The notes beneath the pieces were generated by a model that saw nothing but the letters and a program-made list of their open reading frames with translations, had not been told where the DNA came from and made no database searches. A DNA stretch of 64,000 bases, taken from the NCBI GenBank assembly GCA_964106915.2, contig OZ066915.1; one strand, given 5' to 3'. A program made the translations under genes and the position numbers. Of the stretch, positions 53,073 through 64,000 are shown piece by piece. This stretch comes from Podarcis gaigeae. Its lineage: Eukaryota. Numbering within the stretch: the first letter of the stretch is position 1; every line of letters begins with the position of its first letter.

Positions 53073-53769
53073 ATACTACAGTCCCAACAAAAATACCCCC
53101 CATTCAGCTGCTGTTTGGCATGGGAGGAAAGCTTCTATTGGCAGCAGTGAGAACTCCCCTCATATGCCAAATAGCTGTCCCCCCCCCCGGTGAGGGCAGG
53201 TATTGGAACTGCAGTGTGGAAGGAAAGGGTTAAACCTGCCCCCCATGCACCTGATCCTGACCAGTGGCTGCTATTTACAATCTTTGGAGCAGGAGATATG
53301 CAGGATGTTAAACCATGTGATTAACATTATGTGTAGCTGGCCCTTGGGTAGCCTGTTTAACAGTTCATGGGAGGAGGGGATGATAGAGCTCCTTGAATGG
53401 AGATTTTCCTCTCTATTGGCTGCTATTATTCTTAAGAGACTTTATCACAATAAGGCCATGATCCTATGTACACTTGCTTGGGACCACTAAACATCATAAG
53501 ACTTATCTCTATGTAAACATTGTAGGGTTGTGCCATTAATGGCTCTGTGATGAAAGAGTCTGATATTGAGACTATCATAGGACAGATCACCATATAAATA
53601 ACATGGTAATCTGAATTCTTTTCTTTAACCTCTCTTTACCTCTTATGTGCTAGGAAGTCCACGATGGAAGAATTCAGAACTTGTTTTTGGTCGGGTGCAA
53701 AATTGAATTGCCACTTAGTCAGTTTTGTGGGTTTTTTTTCTACAATCAAGCATTGTATAAATTTTAGGA

Positions 53770-53783
53770 AATAAATAAATAAA
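53770..53783 (+). terminator. Candidate distal REEP2 poly(A) signal cluster
   Basis: Three overlapping AATAAA with an upstream U-rich tract/TGTA and downstream GT-rich sequence; other AATAAA at 50986 and 52630. Confidence 0.45.
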
Positions 53784-54359
53784 CTTCATTTGTAGTACAG
53801 AAAACCTTGCGTTTAGGGTGTGGTAAGAATGTGCTCCTATTTCTGCATCCTTCCCACAGTCTGGCTTTGCTGTTGTGTTTTGGTTTGTAAGATTAGAAGA
53901 GTAACAGCAAGAGAACCCATGTAGCTAGCAGAAGGCTCTAATAATGCCGCTCTTCAGAGGCAGAATATAGCTGGAAAAGACTTTTATAATGAAATCTGGG
54001 CTCTTCCCCATTCCAGACAAGAATGTCTTTCAACATTGTGTAGCGCTGAAATATTTATTGTTTCTCCAGGAACTTGGGGGGGGGGGCTTTTGTTTTCCTT
54101 TTTTTGTGTTGTCATGTTGGACATGGTCTTTAGAACCTCTTTGGGATATTATCCTTGCACCAGAACAACAGCTGGTGTTATCCGATAGCCTTCTCTTCAA
54201 CCAACATCCGTTGAAGTGCCAACTCCTATTGGTTGAACCCTTCTCTCTCAAATGTAAGCAAATACAAGCCTTGAAGTTTCACAGAGCCTTTCCATTGGGA
54301 GCAGCTTGCTTACTGACAAGTCACTCCTCTGCCACTGTTGTTACGTAGATCCAGTTCTT

Positions 54360-54410
<51 letters not shown>
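54360..54410. repeat. (CAG)17 perfect trinucleotide microsatellite
   Basis: 51 bp of uninterrupted CAG, apparently non-coding. Confidence 0.97.
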
Positions 54411-54411
<1 letters not shown>

Positions 54412-57400
54412 CTGTGTTTGCCTCCTTTTATCAGGATTCTTTTAATCTGAGCTAGCCTTAGTACTTGCATTCTCTGATTTCTGCTGTGTAAAGGGGACAG
54501 TGCTGCTGTCATTCTTTTGCAGACATTCACAGTGACTGATTCGAATTTGCATGGCAGGTCTGGAGGAGAACCAAGAAACGGAGACTCATTATGTTGAATG
54601 CCAGCCATTTCCCTTGTTTGTTGAACAGGCAGCAGTAGATGTGACAAGGTAGGACGCTATACCAGTGTATTCCCTTCTGCCTGCGAGAGGAACAGAGTCA
54701 GTCAGTAAGAAGTGGACAACAAGATTGGGTAAAGCAAACTTATTTAAAGGTCTTAATCCTGCTGCCCAGTCAGTCAGATCCTTGCCATCATAGTTCAGTT
54801 ACAGCTGTCATTGGCAGCTCCAGTACCTCTTAGGCCACTGTGTCAAGTCTACAGTGAGTATACTGGCAGAGGGTAAACAATAGCTTTTCAGAGAACAGGA
54901 GGCAACATTTTGGAGTGACCATTGCCTGATCTCTGGTCAAACTAGTTTTGCAGACTTTGTAGCATTTCAAGTGGTCTAGGGGAAGTTGAAGCAACCTCTT
55001 AGCAGAAGAAACACTAAATATGCCCATTTTAATGTGACCTCTGTAGAAACAACGTTCATTATAAGGAAATGACACTCTTTCAGAGCCTCTTCTACCATTA
55101 GGCTAAGTGGGGATACTTCATCAGAAAGCAGATTTTGGGTGTCCTGAATTTGCAACTAATTTTTACTTCTAATTTATTATTGTATTTTGACTGCCAAGTA
55201 GAGGTGATTGTAGGATTTTGTGTCTCTGGTGAAAAAATAACTTGGTCAGCCTTGGGTACTGCACACTTTGTTTGGGTTGGAGAGTATCTGCTGTTCCACC
55301 TCAGGCAGCAAAATAGCTTGTGCTGAGAGAAAAAAATATTTTGTTCTTATAAAAAATAAATGTCCCCTTAGGAGTGAAATGGGCTAGAGCAGAAGATCGG
55401 GTCTAGTCAGCTTTACTCCTGCTTGGGCTTGTAGGGGACTGTAGGAAGCTGCCTCTGTCAGGAGTTAGACTCCAAATTTAATAAACAACTTTTCCCTTCT
55501 CAGCAGGGCTACCTTCCTCCCCACATGTTGTTTTGTGCTGTTGTCAAGCTGCCAGTGTTAGTAGCATTTAAAAAAAGGGGGGGAGACTGCTTGCATTGCT
55601 CCAGAGAAAGAATAATCCGTACACAGCAGCTGTCTATACACTGGTGGAAGGATGAAGAGTATCTTGACTTATGAACAAGGCAGGACAGGACAGGGTGCTG
55701 TTAAGCAAATGATTAGAGGAGGTCCTCCCACAGGATTTATGTGACTAAACTGAGAAAAGGAAAGGGGATTTCCAAGGAGATGGGATAATAGCCAGTTATT
55801 CTCAGGATCTGGTGAGACTCCAAGGATGAGTCAGCTACATGGACTAATAGAAACATATCGGTAGGCAGTCTGAGTGAAGCCATTTCCTTGTCTTATTGAG
55901 AGAGATGAGCCCAGCTGCTCACCCTCAACCTTATCATGTTTTGCAGTTTAATGGGAAATGAAAAGCTCCTCCACCATATTCTGTCTACCAAGGTATTACT
56001 TATGTATACTGACTATGCTAAGACTGCCTGTTGAGATCAGATAGATGTTCAGGAAACAATTCATCCTGGATGCTGCACCATTCTTGGACCCATCTTACTG
56101 GGAGCTGCTGTTTTCAGACTTGGATTGTCACCTGCATCTTTCATCTTGTAGTGAGCTCTTCACGGTACCGCTCTGTCCAGCACAAATTATTTTACTAGCC
56201 CTGGAAAGATTGCCCCATGATCTCTTGCTTACCTAGGAGTCCATGTTCTGTGTCACTGGAATTTATTCAGAAACATGCATCTCCCCACCACCACCTCATG
56301 AATAGAGGATGTTCACAATCAGGGGCACCTCTTAAGAAGGCACCTATGTACCTCAGCACCCCACCCCCAAAAAAAACTATTTCCTGCTGCCTTGCAGAAA
56401 AATCATTGATCTCCTATGGAGAGAACACACAGTTCTCTTTTATTGCTGGATATGAAGATGCTGTATTACAGAAAAAAACTTAGCCCTGCTCTGTTCCACC
56501 CTCTTATCCCTGTTCTCTTTTAAGTGGCAATCTTGTTACCTGGTTGAGCCATACCATATTGTAGCCATTGTGCAAATGCTCTGGAATCTGTGCTTACACT
56601 TCAGGCACCTGTATCAGATTCTAGGAGTCTGGGTGTCTTGTTACGTATCAGTGTAAGTATCCCAGAGCCTCTGTGTACATGCATTCATCAGTATTACTTT
56701 GTGAACCCTAAGTAGTATTTTATCTGGTTTTTTTCAGGCTCTTGGTGACTGGCAAAGGCTCCTGCTAGATGACCTTGTATAATTTTACTCTACCAGAGCA
56801 AATTGTTGTTATTCCTACTTGAGCCCTTTATAAAGTTGTGATCTAGTAAGAAGAGGTATCTAACATATATTTGGGAACAGATTGCATGGTTATTTGAGTG
56901 TTTTTACACTTTATGTACTAACTGAAATCATATCACATGAAAGGTTGAGGAGAGCAACACCAGTTGCATTAAAGGTTTGTTTGAAGGCCACGGAATGTAC
57001 TTCAATCAATCAATTGGCCTCCAGCACAGCTTCTGCATCATTTCTCACTAGGTAGATCATGACTATATTCTGTGTCTCTTCCTGTTTTTTCACCCCAAGC
57101 AGGCCTTGAATTCTCTTCATTAGAATATTTGTCACTTCAGGATAATGGTGGTTGAATTTCCTCCTTCCTCAAAAGAGTATCGTAGCTGCAGAGAGGTTGC
57201 AGCCTGGGACCCAAGTATTGGGACCAGTGGGACCAAATGCAGTAGGATTCCAGAGGAGAAAAAGTTTACAGCAGCCACCTGAGACTGTGAAATTGACCTT
57301 TCCTGGAAATTCTCTGGCCTGAAAGAATGAACTTTGATGTTAGACCTTTGAGAATTACAGATATTTGAACAAGTGTTTGTAGCAAAGTCCAGTATCAAAG

Positions 57401-58799
57401 CTGCTACTGTTTTATTTGCAATGACAAACTGGAATCAGAAATAATATGGAATGTAGACAAATATATATTGGCCTCTTGTCTCTTTAATTTTTTAAGTGCA
57501 GTAAACACGAATCTTTCCCCGTTCTTGGAAGGGCTGTTCGTAACTTGCTTCCTTCCACCAATTATTGTATTGTATTGTGTTGTGCTTTCAGAATTTGGGC
57601 TCTTTCTTTCAGGAAGCTACTTCCACACGGGAAATATGCCAAAGACAAGTTGTTCAAAATGAGTAATCAACATTGATTTATGAATGTTTTTGCTCTTTTA
57701 CACTGAAAATAGGGATATGTGAGGAGACCATCTTTCCCTGCCACTATTTTCTATTTTCTTTGAACAAAATTGTTCATGGGGCTTTCATAAAGATTCCAAG
57801 CAAGAGCTCTCTTTTCAAGACACTTTTCAAATTCTATAAATCATGTACTAATAATAAAAATCCAAAGCTTTACATAGAGTATGAATTTTATAACTTGTGA
57901 GCATTGCCATTGACTATTTTTATATGTCTGTTGATTCAACAGAAAGGCAAGAGGCAATATGTCCCAAGTTTGTTCTTCCCATAGTCCAGTGTTGGTTAAC
58001 CTTTCTTTGGCTGAGGGCCACATTGAGGATTGACCAAGCTTTAAAAAGCTCCATGCCAGTAGTGGGTGTGGCCAAAGTACTTTAACCTTCTTATGGACAT
58101 GCGTTTGCACACATATAGTGCACATAGAAAGCCCTCATGCACACAGTATATTCCAAAAGGTGTTTCATATGTTGCATATTGCTTTTTACAAATATACACC
58201 CACTATTTACAAGTCTTCAGCATCCCCTCTCAGTCTGGCATTTGAATGTTGCTGTTTCTGCAGCTGCTACAGGCAAAAGATCTGCAGCACCCTAGTGTAT
58301 GACTGCCATCATTTTCTCTTGTATAGCAACCCTGAGTTGGGGCCCAGTCAAAGTGCTTTTGCATGCTAGGCTAGTGCCTGGAACGAAAACAGTCAAGAAG
58401 TATCCTGACAAGATGTTCTAGTTGTTCAAATACATTGACTATTGAACTTGATTGTTATTCTATTGTACGTCACTTCTAAGCCATTGCCTTAGCATGCAAA
58501 AATGCTCATAAGGTCTATCAATAAAAATGCTAGTGAAAACTCACTAGGTCAGGAAAATTGTTAACATGGTACCATGTGAACTTCAATATTGTTAAAGTCT
58601 AGGTGGAATGTACTAATGGAACAAAACTTCAAATGTTCAGAACATAAACCAGCCACAATTCTTCACTGGAGATATCTGAATATGACTCTGAAGAGGTTCT
58701 ACTCACAACAGTTCCCAAACATTTTCCCAGAATGCCTAAAGTGGAATTTTGGTTTAAAAATCAAATCCCATAGTGATCCTTAATTCAGCCATTCCACCA

Positions 58800-59200
58800 A
58801 TTTATTAAGTGTTTATAGGTCACCCTATAACAAAATTCTGAGTGCTGTCCATAAGAAGAAATAATTTAAAATTCAGTAACAATAGAAACTTAATAAAGTA
58901 CAAAAACAGAAAACACAGGGGAAAATGGAGCTTAAATCTAAGACAGTGTTAAAATCCTGGGGAAATTAAAGGGTTATTGCTTGATACCAAAGTAAGCACC
59001 TTTGGTGCCCTTTAGATGAGGGAATTCCACAACCACCACTGACAAGGCCATATCTCCTGGACCCACCACACCACACTCCGGAGGGCCCTCCAAGGGTCTG
59101 CCTTGGGGTGGGGAAAGGTGGTCCTTCGGATACTCTAGTCCCAAGCTGTGAAGGGCCTTAAAGACCAAAACCAACCCCTTGAATTGAATCTGTGACTGGC
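58800..59200 (-). mobile_element. L2-type LINE 3' fragment
   Basis: ORF 58974-59246 contains IQFKGLVLVFKALHSLGLEYPKDHLSP, an L2 ORF2 C-terminal signature. Confidence 0.75.
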
Positions 59201-59482
59201 TCATTCTTAGTGCTATAAGCACTCCTAAAACCTCTTCAGGGGGCATGCAAACTCCTGAACCACTATTTGATAACTACCATAGGAATTTTTGGAGAGAGGA
59301 GGAAGAAAAGTGAGCATATCAACTCAAGGGATTTGGGTATTATGCTGCAAAACAATGTTTTGCATTCAGTGATCTGGTGATTAACTCATCTGAAAAAGGG
59401 CCTTGTAAAAACAAGAGCCTGGATGAGAGGAAATATAAAAGCTTTGTGAAGGCAAAACATAATGTGTGCCAAATGGAATGTA

Positions 59483-60226
59483 TCTTCTTCTTCTTCTTTG
59501 GCAATCGCTCGTAGCTGAGTAAGATTGTCTTCCATAAACACGGTTTTAACAGTGAGTCCGTAAGTGACTGTGGAGGCCAATTCTGCATCCACACATCCTT
59601 CCACAGCGGGGACATAAGTTTCCGGGCGGGAGTTGATCATGGTGTGGATTTGCCAAGCATGCCTTCCTCTTAGCATGTTTCTCCCTTGCGTCCTGAGTTT
59701 GAGTGTCTTCAAAGCCCATGACATCTTTGGTAAAGGCTGTTCTCCAACTGGAGTGCTTGCAGGCCAGTGTTTCCCAGCTGTCAGTGTTTATACTACATTT
59801 TAAAAGATTTGCCTTGAAACAGTCTTTAAACCTGTATTGTTGACCACCAGCATTACGCTTTCCATTTTTAAGTTTGGAATAGAGTAGTTGCTTTGGAAGA
59901 CGATAATCAGGCATCCGCACAACATGACCAGTCCAACAAAGTTGATGTTGAAGAATCATTGCTTCGACACTGGTGATCTTTGCTTCTTTCAGTACACTGG
60001 CATTAGTTCGCCTGTCTTCCCAAGTGAAGTGTGAAATTTTTCAGAGACACTGTTGATGGAATCTTTTGAGGAATTGGAAATGGCGTTTATAAGTGGTCCA
60101 TGTTTCACAAGTGTACAGCAAGGTTGGTAGTACAATGGCTTTGTAAACAAGCATTTTGGTTACCCTGTGAATGTCCTGGTCCTCAAACACTCTGAACTTC
60201 AATCGGGAGAAAGCTGCACTTGCAGC
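59483..60226 (-). mobile_element. 5'-truncated RTE-clade LINE
   Basis: ASAAFSRL..TKMLVYKAIVLPTLLYTCETWT..QLCWTGHVVRMPDYRLPKQLLY..CPRC..IGLHSHLRTH; (GAA)n tail. Confidence 0.92.
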
Positions 60227-61227
60227 TTAGAGTGAATAACACTGCCTTAATACCAAATACAGGAATACGGGATTAGAAAATGATCATTACAAGTCAGTCC
60301 ATCTCTGATGCTTAAGGTAAAACCTCTGCCTATCCCAGGAATCTTTGTGCTTTGCTTAAGGCTTGGGACTGATCAGGGTTACAAGCCTGAGAGTTACTCA
60401 CAAATGGGGAAAGCAACCATTTTCTTATTTATTCCAGAATTCTAGGTGTGTAACCTGGAACCTGTCTGCAATCCCTGTCTTGGAACTGAGTCTACAAACT
60501 AACCCCAGAGCTACAACATCAGTCTAATTTTGGTACTCCTGTTCCCCTGCACTGCCCCCTGCATTGTGCAACACCTTGCCTGTTGAAGAGAGCTGGAGAA
60601 CTTGAAAACTTGCTACACCTTTGTGACACTTGGTCCCAACTTGCCCGACTAAGATAAAATTTGTCATCTGTGAGATAAGCAATTGTTTCCTGGCAACAGA
60701 TTGCAGAGCTTTTATTAGCATAGAAGAAAATAACAGCTTGTAGAACTAGCTTTAAAGGTTTGGAGAACCAGTTCTATAACATGAGAACTAGTGTTTTGAA
60801 GGAGTCCTTTGTTTACCCTTAGGTTTAACTCTGTCACCAATGAAATATAATAACGGTACTTAAGATAGTATGAGTTTTAGTCAATTGCTGTATTAAATCT
60901 GAAGAAATGTACATGAGAAAATAGTTGTAAAGAACATGTACTGGTTTTTAGATTATGCATAAAAGTGCTGCAGCAGACATCGTCGCAGAAGACTGTTAAG
61001 TTGTTATATAATATAAGGCAAGGTTACTTACTTTGCAGGACCAGAACAAGAGGCTATCTATTGATCAACTGCATAGAAAAATGTGCTTTTTTTAGGCTTG
61101 CAACCAAAAAGAGCATAAAAAGTAATGACATGAAATATTAAAAAAATACATAATATCCATAATTTGGTTGTAAGTCGCTTTGGGTTACCTTGGACAGGAT
61201 AAAACGATGAACACATTTAATAAACAT

Positions 61228-61288
61228 TTATTATTATTGTTGTTGTTGTTGTTGTTGTTGTTGTTTTGTTGTTGTTGTTGTTGTTGTT
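61228..61288. repeat. Compound (TTA)3(TTG)n microsatellite
   Basis: Direct reading; one interruption. Confidence 0.93.
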
Positions 61289-61927
61289 AATAGTAAGGCA
61301 GCAATATCTAAAACCTTCAGAAGTACAGCCCACTCAAATACATGTATACTTTGTGGTAAGGTCAAATGAGCTTGATGGGACTTATTCCTGAGTAAGTGTG
61401 TATTTATGGATTGCACCCTCCATTGCTCAAAACAGAATAATTAAATATCAAACCCCCATTTAAAAAGCTTTCTTTGTAGCCCTTGGAGAAGTTGAGAGGT
61501 AAAGAAGATTAAGTGGGACTCCTGGGGAGGCCAATTCCAGAGCTTATTCACTAGAAAAGGTCTCCCCCCCCCCACTTCCTCCACTTCAGTATTGGATAGA
61601 AATGAGAACAGCCCTCTTTCCCAGAGAACTCAACAGGCCAGAACCATTTCTACAAGTACTTGAATTTAAATAATTATTTTAAACAGCTGACTGATTTAAG
61701 CAGGGACATATTGTAGTCTGCCAAATCTTTTTAATCACATAACTAAGTAATTGACTAAACATTGCAGCTCTGATTATATTTGCTGAGTGCCTATAAGAAT
61801 TAGTTGGTGTATAGAAACTTGTTTTTAAAAAGACCAAGCTCCAAGCATTGGGAAGACTTTTATTAGGACTGACAAGAAATGTTGCAAAATGTGCACATCT
61901 GTAAAGTTCTCCAGAATGTTTCATCAG

Positions 61928-62579
61928 TGTTATGAGAAAAAAACTGCTCTTTTTCCCTTATGGGGTACCCAAGCGCCCATATAGAGTCCTCTTTTTAGGT
62001 TCTCTATCGGGAGGAGAAAATAACAGAGCCCAACCAGAGAATATTGAGAAGCAAGGCAGCTAGTAAGCTTGATCTTTATTAAAGCTGTTGCAACATGGTG
62101 CTTCACAACCACACGCAGGAGAGAGGAGGGACCCCGAACAATGGCGCGCAAGCCCTTATATAGACATTTTAAATTGCCCACCTTCAAACTCCAGACCATC
62201 CCCAGAAACATCATACACACATCACAGAAAAGGCGGTCTACAACAGAAATCTGAGTGCACTGTTTATCTCCTGTCTGGCAAGTTATCCGATTGCATTATC
62301 TGGGTTTTGGCCATTCTTTTGTTATTATAACTACTTAATTCCTGAATCTAGGTCACAGGTCACAGGCTCACCCTGTTCATATCCTGAATGTGCCCTTAAG
62401 ACAGGATTTGTGAGGAAAGAGACATTGGGGAGGTTTCCCACTTTGACCTTGCGGAGAAATATTTGAGGTCCATTTGTTCAGGACTTTTTCTGTGGGGTTT
62501 CAGACATGTGGTTTATATATACAGTTATGAATATATATATATATGACCTTAAAATTCTTATGTCAGGCTGGATGTTACA
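61928..62579 (-). mobile_element. Candidate solo LTR
   Basis: TG...CA ends; minus-strand TATA (CTATATAA 62156-63) about 80 nt before AATAAA (62075-80); no TSD found and right boundary uncertain. Confidence 0.5.
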
Positions 62580-64000
62580 TGAAGAAAAGGTTTGTGAGGC
62601 AGATAAGGGGGCACCCCCCCCAAAGTCCCAAAATTGGGCTAATTGTTGAAGTCTTGAAGCCTGAAGATGGAGACCGCAGGCTGGCAGAATTAGTCCCTGC
62701 TAGGTGCTTGCAGGTATCAGGTTTCACCCAATGGCTAATCTCCATTTTGGAAAAACCATAAGGCCTGCCTTTTATTTTTCTCAATTTGAACTATAAAATA
62801 GTGATTTTCTTGAGTACCCCTAAACATTTTTTTAGGGGAAAAAGCACTAAGTATTTCTATTGTTTTACTTGGTATTGGGGGGGGGGTGCTGCACCTCTGC
62901 CCTCCCCCTTAGCTACGCCCATGGCTTGTGTGCTATTTTGTGACATTTTGGTAGTCCGAATAAAAGTATTACCCAACGGTGGATTCTGGCATTTTTTTGG
63001 GACCACCATGGTTGTCTTGGGATTTGTTTTGATTTGTTTCGTTTCTGATTAAATTGACAAAGGACAGAACATTCTACAATTTTAGGCAGCATTCTAAAAC
63101 AAGAGAATCCTGCCTAGAATTGTACAGTGTTTTGTCCTTTGTTACGTATTCTCCCATGGATGTCTGAACACTGAGCTGAAACCACACTGAGCAAAGCTTG
63201 AGTAGGGCAATAATTTGAAGCAAAATAAGAGAGGTGCTGCCTCTTCTGAAATTCAGTTAATCCCCAGTGGCTGGAAATTGGACAGCCCTAAATTAGAATA
63301 TATGATTATTCTTTATGCTGACATTTAGGAATTAAGGTTTAAATACTGTTTATTATACCTTGATCACCTGCCTGTTGTGATTTGACTGTTATCATTCACC
63401 TAAAAATAAAGCAGGAAAACTCGGGATTGTTATCTTTTGTCCACCAGAGGGAGTAAGTATCACACCTGCTGAAACTTTGCTCAAGTGCCCAACAGCCTGG
63501 AAGTAGATGAGAGTGATTTGAATAATAATGCAGGCTGAGAGTCTGAAATAGCTTTTATGTAAAGACTGTATCTTTATGTGTAAAATTACGGGTTTGAAAG
63601 TCATGGAGGGACCGTAGAATGAAGTTAGTTTTCGCCTTTGGCTACAAAAAGCCTTTCCAGCTTTATTGGTGCTGTTAATGAAAGGCTCACCAGTTAAGCA
63701 TACTTAAAGTGTTTTTCATTCCCATTATTCCACATGTTTCATTCCAGTAATATCCAATCAGTCTCTTGGATGCCGTCTCTACAGGGAAGGGCATCCTGCA
63801 AGGATTTGTTTGTCTTGTAACCTACTTGCAAATGCCGCTTACACTTGTAACTGTGCTGTCATTGTGTGTGTCCCCGGCCCCCGGCCCCTGCCCAATGTGA
63901 TTCCCTGGGACAGGGTGGGAGGGCAATGCTGTTAACTGTATCCATCTCCTATGGGAAAGGAACCAATTGTGAAATTCTAAAAATATAGAAAATATCTAAT

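Noticed and set aside
54321-54647. PolyLeu/polyGln protein from the CAG tract
   Set aside because: No splice context or homology; the ORF is produced by the microsatellite.
54000-64000. EGR1 or another gene downstream of REEP2
   Set aside because: No EGR1-like coding sequence, zinc-finger array or CpG island seen; the ORFs here are repeat-derived or random.

Overview
Vertebrate genomic DNA, almost certainly from a squamate reptile and probably a lacertid lizard (inferred from a full-length Sauria SINE, tRNA/CR1-tail SINEs and squamate-type L2/CR1/RTE debris). It holds two + strand genes. The first is the 3' part of KDM3B (JmjC H3K9 demethylase): 21 coding exons equivalent to human exons 4-24 (191-27986, about 1593 aa in-window, all GT-AG and phase-consistent), with a poly(A) signal at 29111. 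The second is complete REEP2 (8 exons, 33463-49340, 266 aa) with a CpG-island promoter. The KDM3B-REEP2 order matches human 5q31; EGR1, the next gene in human, is not visible. Introns and intergenic DNA carry Tc1/mariner and hAT MITEs with target-site duplications, SINEs, LINE fragments, a candidate solo LTR and microsatellites. I see no clear new biological system. The best leads are a candidate unannotated in-frame 309-nt KDM3B exon in intron 7, an inverted MITE pair bracketing KDM3B exons 10-15 (possible circRNA), an RFX X-box and a possible non-canonical RE1 near REEP2, REEP2 splice-site peculiarities, and SINEs with different tRNA heads on a shared CR1 tail. Comparisons to human proteins and repeat consensuses are from memory, not from a search.
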